Part shown: piece after piece, positions 17,959 through 28,036 of the stretch
Numbering within the stretch: position 1 is the stretch's first letter
Layout of the letters: each line of letters opens with the position of its first letter
Origin: Candidatus Enterousia sp.
GTDB taxonomy: Bacteria; Pseudomonadota; Alphaproteobacteria; Rs-D84
DNA length: 53,246 nucleotides
Assembly (NCBI GenBank): GCA_045613315.1
Contig: JAZLAV010000021.1
Span: forward strand, 1-53,246
Direction of reading: 5' to 3'
Notes under the pieces: model-generated
Seen by the model: only the letters and a program-made list of their open reading frames with translations
Database searches by the model: none
Told to the model about the DNA's origin: nothing
Translations under genes and position numbers: made by a program

Positions 17959-18165
17959 ATTGTTGGTGTAAAATATTAAGTCCCGTGGAAATAAAATGGT
18001 ATGTATTCAATGATGGAAGTAGTATTGACAATTGTTCAGGTGCATGTGCAAGTGCTTGCATAAGTGATGGCGGATTTATTATAAGGTCAGGGTTGTAAAT
18101 GACAACACTGACGACATGACGAATGGGGTGTTATACACCATGCTCAATTAGCCGTCACAAAACAA

Positions 18166-18189
18166 AAAATCGCCCATTTGGGCGATTTT
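18166..18189. terminator. Terminator after the OB-fold gene
   Basis: AAAATCGCCC-ATTT-GGGCGATTTT. Confidence 0.75.
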
Positions 18190-18556
18190 ATTTAACCTTT
18201 TCAATATAATCTATATCGATTTCAGTATTGAACAAGCCATGGTCAACCTCGCCATAGATACGAACGGTGTCGGTTGGACCAATAACTAATCCGTGCCACG
18301 CATCGTCATCTATTTCGACAATAATTGAACCGGTCGCATCTTGGAACAAATATTTTTCATCACCGTTTTTCTGAACAATTACACCTTCGACCCAGACCTT
18401 GGAATCGTCACCCATACCTTTGACCTGGTCAACGGTTAAAATGGTATTGTTGTTTCCATTAAAACCACCCGTGACAACCATTGTTTCATTCATTGCGGCA
18501 TATGCACCACAAACCGTGGCCACGCACAATATTGCACCAATTGATATTTTTTTCAT
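18188..18556 (-). CDS. YgiW/YdeI-family bacterial OB-fold (BOF) periplasmic protein
   Basis: Signal peptide; GGF.G; DD..V.VEG.IV....DEKYLFQDATGSI.VEIDD..W.G..I.P.D.V.I.GEVD. Confidence 0.9.
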   Translation of the reverse strand: MKKISIGAILCVATVCGAYAAMNETMVVTGGFNGNNNTILTVDQVKGMGDDSKVWVEGVIVQKNGDEKYLFQDATGSIIVEIDDDAWHGLVIGPTDTVRIYGEVDHGLFNTEIDIDYIEKVK

Positions 18557-18639
18557 TTTTTCCCCCATTGTTTATATTTTCATCCGCCATATATATTTTA
18601 TCAAACAATGTGGTAAAAATATCTAGGAACAAAATAACA

Positions 18640-18659
18640 AAACCGCCGAGCGGCGGTTT
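18640..18659 (-). terminator. Terminator after mscS
   Basis: AAACCGCC-GAGC-GGCGGTTT. Confidence 0.7.
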
Positions 18660-18674
18660 CCTGACCACTAAGCA

Positions 18675-19562
18675 CTATTTCACAATATGAACATCCAACT
18701 GCGGGAACGGGAAATGTATTTTCTTTTTGGGTAATGTTTCATAAATCTTTTCGTTTATTTCCGCAGATGTTGCGAACATATCGGAATAAGACGCCCAAAA
18801 ACGCACACTTAATACAACCGCACTGTCTGATAAACTTGACACAATGACAACCGGCGCCGGTGTTTTAAGAACCCTTTTGTCTTTGGACAAAATATCCAAT
18901 ATGACACGTCGCGCGACATCAACACTGTCGCCGTATGAAACACCAACTGTCAAATCGACACGGCGATTTTTCCCATGCGACAGGTTCGTTATAATTCCAT
19001 TTGCCAACGCGCCATTTGGCAAAAACAATACCTGGTTATCAAACGTATGCAATTCCGTTGTGAACATCATAATTTTTTTTACAACGCCGGTTTTACCACT
19101 GGCGGTTTCGATTGTGTCGCCAACCCGAAACGGTTTAAGCATTAAAATAATTATTCCGCCAGCAAAGTTTTGTAATGTTCCCTGAAGTGCCAAACCAACC
19201 GCCAACGATGCCGCCCCCAACACCGCAACAATCGATGTCATTTGAACGCCAACCGTCGTTAACACTATGATAAAAACAAAAATCTTGAAAACGATGTTAA
19301 TGAACGATCCCAAAAAAGATTGTAACGATGGATCAAAATCACGGGCCTGCATCACGTGCTTAATCGAACGCGTTATTTTGTTGGCCAACCACACACCACA
19401 AACCAAAATTAAAACAGCAACCAATAATTTCACGCCAAAATTAACAACCGTTTGTATTAACGATTCCAGTGCAGCATCTATGCTGGACACTTCTATATTC
19501 AATATTTCGGCCGGCTTTTGCAAAATTTCGGTCGTAGTTTCTATAATTTCATCGGGATTCAT
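18675..19562 (-). CDS. mscS: Small-conductance mechanosensitive channel
   Basis: SIVAVLGAASLAVGLALQGTLQNFAGG, PFRVGD, RRVDLTVGVSY, IHFPFPQLDV. Confidence 0.95.
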   Translation of the reverse strand: MNPDEIIETTTEILQKPAEILNIEVSSIDAALESLIQTVVNFGVKLLVAVLILVCGVWLANKITRSIKHVMQARDFDPSLQSFLGSFINIVFKIFVFIIVLTTVGVQMTSIVAVLGAASLAVGLALQGTLQNFAGGIIILMLKPFRVGDTIETASGKTGVVKKIMMFTTELHTFDNQVLFLPNGALANGIITNLSHGKNRRVDLTVGVSYGDSVDVARRVILDILSKDKRVLKTPAPVVIVSSLSDSAVVLSVRFWASYSDMFATSAEINEKIYETLPKKKIHFPFPQLDVHIVK

Positions 19563-19573
19563 TTTTTCACACC

Positions 19574-22090
19574 CTACATTGCGATATCTTCACACTTTTC
19601 AACCGGCTCTGATGTCTTGCAACTGGTTTTCTGGCTGCCACCAATACCAAAAAATCCGTTGCTCTTTTTCGTTTCACACGATTGAGTGACTGTATTGGTA
19701 CAGAAATGGCAATTTCTTGTTTCGCGATTAAAGAGCGACCATGCCTCGCGCGTGACACCATTCGCACTGAACGTATGTTTTTTGGAACCAAAATTAAGCG
19801 AGCCCAAATCCATACCACTGCTGCTGAAATCGCTGGTTTGTTTGGCGCCCTCGACAATGGACGATCCGCCCTTGACCAGGTCGGCATTTGTCATCCCTGC
19901 GCCCACATCATACGATATTGCATATGGTGGTGCCAACGGTGTATCTATATCACTGGATGCACCATAAAATTCGCCACCGGTTGCGGCAATTTTTTGACAC
20001 ATATATTGTGCCAAATCCGTTGACGCGTTTTGGGTTGCATCGGCCACGGCCTTGGTAAACTTGGCATTATAATTGTCTTGCGCCTGGCGCAGGGCGGCAA
20101 CCGCAATCTGCATCTTTACCTGGGTCAACAGGTTCGGGAAACGCGCCGTTGTACTTTCTTTTTTGCCGGTAATTTGCGACAAATCGCGCCCATTTACACA
20201 ATATTGAATTTGTGGATCTTGTTCAATCATTTCAATTGTACGGTTTATCGTACCTGCAATATTATTCAGTTCTTCTTCGATTGTTGAAATAATTGCGTCT
20301 TTGTTATTAACCCCCGCATTCCGTTTACGAATCTGGGCCAAATATTCCTGGACCCCTATTTCACCCGGTTCCAGTTTTTTGGTGGTTTCATCGCCGACAT
20401 CTGTTGTTTTCCCGGATGCGTCGCCCATCTTGATACTGCCGAATGAAATCATACCCGTCACACGATATATCGTGCCATCTTTTTGGGAACGCAACGAACC
20501 CGTGCCCATCGTTTCATCGGCCGCAAATTTATTACAATCTGTGGTACTGCCACAAACCTCTAACATTTTAGATTCGACCAAGTTCTGGCACTGTTCCAAC
20601 GCAGCATTATCTATGTTCAAATACAACCCCATCAACAAAGAATCCAAATCGTCCATTGAAAAGTTGGGATTATTTGCCTTGCATACGACCAATTTATCCA
20701 ACGGACAAATATCATGAATATAATCGTAATCCATACCGATACAATTTACAAAATCGGTGCCACAACGTGTTTCGTCGGTAAAGCAATCTTTGACCTCGGC
20801 CGTACAGGCATCAACACGCATTGCCGCCAATTTATCGGTCACATAGCCCCAAATCAGTGGTTCCATACGTTCACACGGATCTATTTCGACCTTGCAAAAA
20901 CTGCGTGCCATATCGGGCCGGCTAAGACACGCATCCATTGTTGCAACCCCACGACCGGCAATATCATCACGACATGCAGTTTGGATACAATTAGAAATAT
21001 TGGTCAAACATGATTGACGGAATTTTGATTCTGCATTTGATTCCGCCAATTTTATTGTCGGGGCAGCTTCGCGCAAAAATGCCGGCCAAACCATATCGCG
21101 AACCGCAACGCATTTGTCCAACACATTTTCACAAATGGTGCGTTTTGCACTTAACATTTCCATTGTTGATGCGGTTATATCATACACATCGATTGTTTGC
21201 ACCTTGGTCTTGGCGGTACTGGCGGCCTGGTTGTTTTGCATATTTTCCGACGCAATCGTTGAAACACAATTTATCCAGCCATCGCCACACGCATCTTCGG
21301 TCTGCATACATTTGCGAAATTCGACCATGCATTGGCCCAAATCGTATTTATTGGCTTCTGCGAAACTTTCTTTTAACGCGGCACGCACATCCGCGTTTGC
21401 ATCGGCCAGTTCTGCGGTTGCTTTGGCCTTGCTTTGCGCGATGATGTTTTCGAACGCCTTGCAATCAGATGTGATTTGACGCGCATATAATTGGTGTAAA
21501 AAGGCTAAATCCTTGTCACAAGACGCGGGCATTTGTTCGTGGCATAACTCTTCGGCGGCACGAAACAATGCGCCACCGGTTTTATCGCCAATATTATCCA
21601 TCGAATCCCCAAACACATCATCATCGAAATCGAACGACGCATTATCCCACAACGATAACAAACTGGCACGTTTTTGTTCTTTGACTTCTTTGTCCGAATA
21701 AACGACATTACCGTTTTCATCATACTTACGGGTGCCATTAAAGATAATATCTGCCTGGGCACCGGCCTGGATCCGTTCAACTTCTACTGTGCGAATGCGT
21801 TCCGCTTCGGCCAATGTATCACGGATTTCAGCCAATTGTGATTCCAGATTTGCATTTAAATCACTGCACGCACAACTGCCCCCGTTGCTGTTATCTATGA
21901 TACAAAATTGATCCATACAACCATAATATGCGTCATAACAGGCCTGGTCATAAACACCGGTGGCTGCGACACGTGCACGCACCGTTGTCCCAGATTGTAT
22001 CGCAGATTGCTTTTTGACCGTCGTCGCATTCGCCCCGACAACAACTGATATAGCAAATACAAACAATGATAAATATTTTTTTGATATCAT
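19574..22090 (-). CDS. Large secreted Cys-rich protein (uncharacterised family, member A)
   Basis: Signal peptide MISKKYLSLFVFAISVVVGANA; CYDAYYGCMDQFC...CACS followed by a coiled-coil-like stretch; many C-x6-C modules. Confidence 0.85.
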   Translation of the reverse strand: MISKKYLSLFVFAISVVVGANATTVKKQSAIQSGTTVRARVAATGVYDQACYDAYYGCMDQFCIIDNSNGGSCACSDLNANLESQLAEIRDTLAEAERIRTVEVERIQAGAQADIIFNGTRKYDENGNVVYSDKEVKEQKRASLLSLWDNASFDFDDDVFGDSMDNIGDKTGGALFRAAEELCHEQMPASCDKDLAFLHQLYARQITSDCKAFENIIAQSKAKATAELADANADVRAALKESFAEANKYDLGQCMVEFRKCMQTEDACGDGWINCVSTIASENMQNNQAASTAKTKVQTIDVYDITASTMEMLSAKRTICENVLDKCVAVRDMVWPAFLREAAPTIKLAESNAESKFRQSCLTNISNCIQTACRDDIAGRGVATMDACLSRPDMARSFCKVEIDPCERMEPLIWGYVTDKLAAMRVDACTAEVKDCFTDETRCGTDFVNCIGMDYDYIHDICPLDKLVVCKANNPNFSMDDLDSLLMGLYLNIDNAALEQCQNLVESKMLEVCGSTTDCNKFAADETMGTGSLRSQKDGTIYRVTGMISFGSIKMGDASGKTTDVGDETTKKLEPGEIGVQEYLAQIRKRNAGVNNKDAIISTIEEELNNIAGTINRTIEMIEQDPQIQYCVNGRDLSQITGKKESTTARFPNLLTQVKMQIAVAALRQAQDNYNAKFTKAVADATQNASTDLAQYMCQKIAATGGEFYGASSDIDTPLAPPYAISYDVGAGMTNADLVKGGSSIVEGAKQTSDFSSSGMDLGSLNFGSKKHTFSANGVTREAWSLFNRETRNCHFCTNTVTQSCETKKSNGFFGIGGSQKTSCKTSEPVEKCEDIAM

Positions 22091-22118
22091 ATGTTCTCTC
22101 CACACACGCAGGGAAACC

Positions 22119-24314
22119 TTACATATTCACGTCTTCACAGGATTCGATTTCCTGGCAAAATTCCTCTTTGCCACCCGATGCCAATCCCATAAGCCCCCCA
22201 CCAACCAAACCAACAACACCACCAATGGCGGTCCCCCACCCCGGTGTCACCATTGTTCCAGCCGACGCACCGGCCGCAGACAACCCCGCGCCCGACTTCA
22301 ACGCAGATGTCCATTTACTTTCACCGCCGGTTTCACAAACCTGCTGCATACGACAAACGTGACAATTCCGCAAATCCGGTTCAAAACTTACAGAACGAAT
22401 ATAACTGTAATTTTTGTCGTCCTTGTTTGGTTTTTCAACCGCATACGTGTTATAGCAGTTTTGACGTGCACGTTCCGTATCTTGTTGACGCGACAATTCT
22501 GCGATGCGTGATTCCAGTGCACGCAATGCCCGATTTTCAGCACTTATATTCGCAATCAATTTGGCTGTATTAAACACACTTGTCCCCAGGTTCGCACGCC
22601 CCGCCGGTTTTTGGCTGTCGCGACACGCCGCAACCGTCACATCATTTTCAAATTGGGCAAAGAAATCGTCCACCGCAGCCGCGGCATTCGCCCGAACCCG
22701 CGACCGCAACTCGGCCAATTCGCTATCTTTTTCCGGCACACTTACCAACGAAGCAACCGTGTCATCACCCGGCAAACACGACATGTCTGTACCACACGCA
22801 CGCCCCAATTGGTCCCCAAAATAATTCAGACATCCCTGCATCAAACTGTAATCCATCTGCATCAGTGTCGCCTGCAATATAATGTTAAATTGCGTTTCGT
22901 TTTTGCACGATGGGAACATAGACTGTGGACAAAGTGCCGCTATATCAGTCGCCTTTTTGCCCAGACATTCGGGCCCAGTAAAGTTTTGACCACATTTGTC
23001 CTGCAAACATTTGTCAACATCGTTTTGGCAAAACTGGGTACGCAAATACCCCAATTTATCGTTAACCGCGGAACGAATACCCGGCACCAATTCTTCACAT
23101 TCCGTAATAACCGTACAAATACCAGCGGCAACATCAACATTTGTTAAACACGCCGAATTTGTTGCGGTTGAACAATTATCTTCTAAACACGCCTGAATAC
23201 GCGCCAAACACGTTTGACGTGCATATTTATCGGCATACTTGGCGGCATCAACCAGAATGCTTTGAGATTCAGATTCCCAATCCGCCAACACATACGAACG
23301 CGATGCCATACACTGATCCAAAACATTTTCGCACGCATTTGCACGACGTCCCAACAAATCCGCATCCAAACAGTTTTCAAAATTCACACCACAACCACCC
23401 TTGTCGGCAACACATGACCGATACGCCAACAAACATTCGCCACGATTATACTTGTTCGTGGTATCCAGCATTTCCAAACGCGCTTTGCGTACAGCAGCTT
23501 CGGCTGTACGTTTGTTCGCCTGGGCATTTAATTTCTGATCAGCCAAATACGATTCAAACGATTTACAATCGGCAACGATTTGACGCGAATAAAGAACCGT
23601 TTCCATTTCCGAACGTGTACCACACGACTTTAATGTATCGGCACAATAATTTGCCGCCATAGAATACAGTCCCGAACCAATATCTGTATCGCCCCCCAAT
23701 GTTTCATCATCAGTCGTGACCCCACTGTTCAGCCATTCGGAAAAACTTAACCCCGATACACGTGACGATTTTTTTGCCGCATCGGACTGACCAAACACCA
23801 ACGATGCCTTGGCGCCTAATTGTTCACGTTCAACTCCCTCGGTATACAAATTATCGGCATCGGCTTGAATCTTTTGTATTTCTTGGATTAAATCTTTGGA
23901 CTTGTTTATATTATCGGAACACGCGCATCGATAACCCTCACTCTCGTCCAACAGGCAAAATTCATCCATACACGCACGATACGCATCACGACACGAACTG
24001 TCCCCAGACGGCGCGGTATCATTACCGCCACTATTATTCCCGCCACCATTATTTCCGTTATTGTCATTGTTTCCAGTGCCACCGTTATTGCCACCATTTC
24101 CCGATTCGGTTTTGCTGCCGGTGTCTGTATTAACTGCCACATGATTCCCGCCACCGGTTGCGCCATTCTGCAAATCAACCGACAAATTTGGCATACTGCG
24201 CATTCCCGCCATCGACACGCGATTAACACCAATTCGGGCATTTTCATCGCGCGTGGCCGCACCCGCGACACACGGCACCAGGCATAACACCAATGCAATA
24301 CTGTGTATTTTCAT
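22119..24314 (-). CDS. Large secreted Cys-rich protein with C-terminal glycine zipper (member B)
   Basis: Signal peptide; Gly/Asn linker; CRDAYRACMDEFC...CACS; paralogous to 19574..22090; AGGAAG RBS. Confidence 0.85.
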   Translation of the reverse strand: MKIHSIALVLCLVPCVAGAATRDENARIGVNRVSMAGMRSMPNLSVDLQNGATGGGNHVAVNTDTGSKTESGNGGNNGGTGNNDNNGNNGGGNNSGGNDTAPSGDSSCRDAYRACMDEFCLLDESEGYRCACSDNINKSKDLIQEIQKIQADADNLYTEGVEREQLGAKASLVFGQSDAAKKSSRVSGLSFSEWLNSGVTTDDETLGGDTDIGSGLYSMAANYCADTLKSCGTRSEMETVLYSRQIVADCKSFESYLADQKLNAQANKRTAEAAVRKARLEMLDTTNKYNRGECLLAYRSCVADKGGCGVNFENCLDADLLGRRANACENVLDQCMASRSYVLADWESESQSILVDAAKYADKYARQTCLARIQACLEDNCSTATNSACLTNVDVAAGICTVITECEELVPGIRSAVNDKLGYLRTQFCQNDVDKCLQDKCGQNFTGPECLGKKATDIAALCPQSMFPSCKNETQFNIILQATLMQMDYSLMQGCLNYFGDQLGRACGTDMSCLPGDDTVASLVSVPEKDSELAELRSRVRANAAAAVDDFFAQFENDVTVAACRDSQKPAGRANLGTSVFNTAKLIANISAENRALRALESRIAELSRQQDTERARQNCYNTYAVEKPNKDDKNYSYIRSVSFEPDLRNCHVCRMQQVCETGGESKWTSALKSGAGLSAAGASAGTMVTPGWGTAIGGVVGLVGGGLMGLASGGKEEFCQEIESCEDVNM

Positions 24315-24388
24315 AGAATCCTTCCTACAATTATCTTGATATATTTTATCAAATAAAGCCCCCAGGCGCAAGTTATATTAAAAACAAC

Positions 24389-24417
24389 TTGCATTTTTTT
24401 TCGCCCCGCAATATGAT
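24389..24417 (+). promoter_or_regulatory. Putative promoter of infA
   Basis: TTGCAT-17 nt-TATGAT. Confidence 0.45.
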
Positions 24418-24456
24418 AATAATCATCAAAAAAGCATGAAAATACAAGGGATACAT

Positions 24457-24705
24457 ATGGCAAAAGACGACGTTATTGTTTTCAGCGGTGTGGTCGAAGA
24501 TAAATTACCGAACACAATGTTCCGCGTAAAACTGGAAAATGGTCACGAAATATTGGCGACCGTGTGCGGCAAAATGCGCAAGGCACGCATTTGGGTTAAC
24601 ATTGGCGAACACGTTCGTGTTGAAATGACACCATACGATTTGGACAAGGGGCGCATAACATTTGTTGAACGAAACCGCGCAACACCCGACCAAACAAATC
24701 AGTAA
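24457..24705 (+). CDS. infA: Translation initiation factor IF-1
   Basis: MAKDDVI...[14 protein letters not shown]...GKMRK...[14 protein letters not shown]. Confidence 0.96.
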   Translation: MAKDDVIVFSGVVEDKLPNTMFRVKLENGHEILATVCGKMRKARIWVNIGEHVRVEMTPYDLDKGRITFVERNRATPDQTNQ

Positions 24706-24709
24706 TTTT

Positions 24710-24734
24710 ATCCCATCGCATGATGGGATTTTTT
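24710..24734 (+). terminator. Terminator after infA
   Basis: ATCCCATC-GCAT-GATGGGAT followed by a T-run. Confidence 0.75.
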
Positions 24735-24801
24735 ATGCGGTTTTATTAAATAAGGCCTTGCCCGAAATCATTTTTTTGTTATCATTATAATAACACTAAG
24801 G

Positions 24802-27240
24802 ATGAGAAAGGTTTTACCGTTTATTTTTGCGTGTTGCGTTGGCATCGGTGTCACTGACGCCGCGGTTCGTGACGCATCAACCATTTCGCGCACGGGCGCA
24901 ACACAAACAACCGTTTCACGCCCGGGCACCACAACTCAACGGGTCGTGTCGCGCGCATCAACGGCACCCGTTTCCGCATCCAGAAATCTACACTCCACAC
25001 AAACCGCACGCACCGCCACGACACGCACAACCACCCCGACTGTATCACGGGCCACGGTGACGCGTTCTGCAACACCGACAACAAATCTTCGTAACACTAT
25101 GACCAAATCACGCACAAATAATGGCACCACAACACGTGCACGCGTCGCGACACACATCGATACAACAAATTCAAAAACATTTGGCACCGGGTATAACACA
25201 TGCCGCGATGCATACTTTACCTGTATGGACCAATTTTGTGCGACAACGGACGACACGTATCGTCGTTGCGTATGCTCGTCACGGCTTTATGAAATCAAAA
25301 AGAAACAAAACGCATTGGGACAATCTGCGGACCAATTACAGGATTTCAAGGATTTGAACCTGGCCGTGATACCCAAAACCGCAGCCGAGGTTAAAGCCAT
25401 GCAAACCGCCAGCGAAGGCGAATTATTGGCATCCATAATCAAGGACAAATCGTCATCTGCCACAAAATTGGCCGGTATAAGTGCGGTATTATCGAACACG
25501 AAATCAAAATCTTTGTCCACGGCGGGCCAACTTGATATTGCCGGTGACATTAACGCGATTTGGGCGACGACGGATTTAACATCCGGATTAAACATTTCCA
25601 ATTTAACGGGCGAAACATTATACAACGCGGTTCACAGCCAATGCGCCAACCTGGTGACGGATCGTTGTTCGTCAAAATCACTGTTAAATATGGTCGTGTC
25701 CGCATACAGTATGTACATCGAAAACGACTGTTCATTACTGGCCAATTCTTTGGATAAAAAGAAAAACGCCGCGGATGCATCTATTCGTGAAACAGAACGC
25801 GAAATGAATTTGGCACGATTGGACAATTACGATGCCCACAATTCTTCGTCCATCAACGAATGTATCTCTATGGTCCGAAACGACATTACCGCAGATACCG
25901 CATGTGGCACCGACTATGTACACTGTCTGGACACAACGGGATTATACCTGAACAAAACAACCGGCGAACCGATATACACATCTAACTTCTATCTGTTGGG
26001 CAGCACATTATCATTGTCCGGCGACATATTGACGAATCAAACAAATCGTTTGCTGGTTTCTGAATTAAACCGCAAACGTATATTCGCAGAAAAAAGTCTG
26101 GATACGTGCCGCGATTTGGCCGACGATGTTTGGGACGAATTCATGCGCCAGGCCATTATTGAAATATACCAAGGCCAACAAACACGCATCCGTAATGTAA
26201 AAAATGAATGCCTGGACGTTGTTAACCAATGTTATAACATGCAAAGCGAATCTTTAAAGGATTTTAGCAACATCACCGATCAACTGTTGATTGGTGCACG
26301 ATTGGAATTATCCGAAGAAATGTGTCGTGAAAAATTAAATGCGTGCAGTAATCTTTACGGTGGCGGCACAAACGGAATGCAGGAATTATTGATCACCATG
26401 TATGACATTACTTCACAAAAAATTGCGCAAAACTGTTTTGCGACATTACGTGAATACGCACAACAGTTGTGTGCCGTTCCATCCACCGATTCACTGCATT
26501 CATATCCATATGCATGTCGCGCATATGCACCCGGCGAACAGCGGTATGCATCCAAATGGTTCTGCAACCAAGAAACCAAAACCGCCAATGCCACAAATAA
26601 TTCGGACGAAGAAACCAGGGCCGATGCCACCACAACTACTGGCACAAAACCCTATACCTGTCCCAACAGTAAAAAATATATATCTTGTAACAGTGGCTAC
26701 TATATGGCAAACGCAGATGGTAATTTTATAAGCACACCCGAATTAGGCAACCAATGTTTACCATGTTCTCCGACCAATGGGTGTCCAACATCATCAACAA
26801 CTGAAGATACCACAACAATGCCATCATTTGAATTTCCGTGTGGTACCGACTATGCCGGCAGTTTGTATCAAAAACTGATTCGCTATGCCGTCCAGGCCTG
26901 TATGCGCCCAAGCGAAATGGAAAAACTTACGACAGAATCTTCGTTGCCGGACACATTATTACAAGACGTCAATGCAACAATGGATTTAATCAAGGCATCA
27001 ATGGCAGCATCATTAAAATCGGAATGTGAACGATTGGGCGGATATTGGGTTGCGGCACAATGGAATAATTCTATCACCATCGACACAGGAATAAAATTAT
27101 TTGGACGATTCTATAATGAAACCGGCGCAAACAAAAAATGGGGATATTGTGCCGACCCCGACACGATTACCACATACTACACCGGCACGGAAACATCATC
27201 TGGTTCCGGCGACACCACCGAAAATCAAACGACGAATTAA
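24802..27240 (+). CDS. Large secreted Cys-rich protein (member C) with Thr/Arg-rich N-terminal region
   Basis: Signal peptide; T/R low-complexity region; CRDAYFTCMDQFC...RCVCS; CGTDYVHC; furin-like CNSGYY...CLPC segment. Confidence 0.85.
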   Translation: MRKVLPFIFACCVGIGVTDAAVRDASTISRTGATQTTVSRPGTTTQRVVSRASTAPVSASRNLHSTQTARTATTRTTTPTVSRATVTRSATPTTNLRNTMTKSRTNNGTTTRARVATHIDTTNSKTFGTGYNTCRDAYFTCMDQFCATTDDTYRRCVCSSRLYEIKKKQNALGQSADQLQDFKDLNLAVIPKTAAEVKAMQTASEGELLASIIKDKSSSATKLAGISAVLSNTKSKSLSTAGQLDIAGDINAIWATTDLTSGLNISNLTGETLYNAVHSQCANLVTDRCSSKSLLNMVVSAYSMYIENDCSLLANSLDKKKNAADASIRETEREMNLARLDNYDAHNSSSINECISMVRNDITADTACGTDYVHCLDTTGLYLNKTTGEPIYTSNFYLLGSTLSLSGDILTNQTNRLLVSELNRKRIFAEKSLDTCRDLADDVWDEFMRQAIIEIYQGQQTRIRNVKNECLDVVNQCYNMQSESLKDFSNITDQLLIGARLELSEEMCREKLNACSNLYGGGTNGMQELLITMYDITSQKIAQNCFATLREYAQQLCAVPSTDSLHSYPYACRAYAPGEQRYASKWFCNQETKTANATNNSDEETRADATTTTGTKPYTCPNSKKYISCNSGYYMANADGNFISTPELGNQCLPCSPTNGCPTSSTTEDTTTMPSFEFPCGTDYAGSLYQKLIRYAVQACMRPSEMEKLTTESSLPDTLLQDVNATMDLIKASMAASLKSECERLGGYWVAAQWNNSITIDTGIKLFGRFYNETGANKKWGYCADPDTITTYYTGTETSSGSGDTTENQTTN

Positions 27241-27255
27241 ATGAAACAAACCGAC

Positions 27256-27284
27256 TTGCAGGCACGTGTAAAATCTGATAGAAT
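27256..27284 (+). promoter_or_regulatory. Putative promoter of the 27306 gene
   Basis: TTGCAG-17 nt-TAGAAT, 21 nt before the ATG. Confidence 0.45.
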
Positions 27285-27305
27285 ATAAATGATGGGAATA
27301 TCGAT

Positions 27306-27968
27306 ATGAAAAAACTATTTTTGTTATCTTTGTTTTTCGCCGTGTCGGACGCGATATCGGCAATACCGTGGTGGGAACAACCAACGGTTTGTCGACTAAA
27401 CCCGGCCAGTTGTTATACAACCATGGGTGCGGGATACGAACGCGAAATGTGGGACGCAGGTTCCAATTGTTGGGGTGTAAAAGTAATTTGTGGTGACGCA
27501 TTAACAAACACAAACAATGCCACACCCGTTGGCAAAACAACCATTTCGCGTGGCACGAATATAAGTTCGGATTATGATTTAACCGTTTTAAATGGTGATT
27601 GCTTTGGTGTTCGCAAAACCTCAACCGATGGCACAATGGCATCTGTAAATGGCACAATGGTTCGTGTGTGGTGTAATGGCATTTTATCAAACGTTGATGA
27701 AACAATTGAAACCGGTGAAATCACGTATGGCGCCCAACCGACGTGTTCGACATTGGCGCCCGATGGATATGTTGCTGTCCAAAATGGAAAATGTTATGGG
27801 AAATATTATGACACGGACCGTTATTTTATTCAGTGCGATAACGAAACACCAACACTGATTGTGTTGAACGGCGCAAATTATGAAACGGGAACCACATCGT
27901 ATCCCCAGACCCAGGCCGATGCCGACGCAATATTCAATCGTATGTATGAAAACGTACATCAAAATTAA
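27306..27968 (+). CDS. Secreted Cys-containing hypothetical protein
   Basis: Signal peptide MKKLFLLSLFFAVSDAISA; several Cys; 220 aa. Confidence 0.8.
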   Translation: MKKLFLLSLFFAVSDAISAIPWWEQPTVCRLNPASCYTTMGAGYEREMWDAGSNCWGVKVICGDALTNTNNATPVGKTTISRGTNISSDYDLTVLNGDCFGVRKTSTDGTMASVNGTMVRVWCNGILSNVDETIETGEITYGAQPTCSTLAPDGYVAVQNGKCYGKYYDTDRYFIQCDNETPTLIVLNGANYETGTTSYPQTQADADAIFNRMYENVHQN

Positions 27969-27986
27969 GTGTTATAACACAACAAT

Positions 27987-28020
27987 AAAAACGGTCATTC
28001 TTTCCATGCGACCGTTTTTT
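27987..28020. terminator. Bidirectional terminator before the clpX 3' end
   Basis: AAAAACGGTC...GACCGTTTTTT between convergent genes. Confidence 0.65.
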
Positions 28021-28036
28021 GTTTAACATTTTGATT

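Larger units (their letters stand above)
16318..18160. mobile_element. Degraded prophage or island remnant at tRNA-Leu
   Basis: Begins at the tRNA 3' end with direct repeats; carries an endolysin-like M15 gene and small orphan genes; no integrase or attR seen. Confidence 0.45.
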
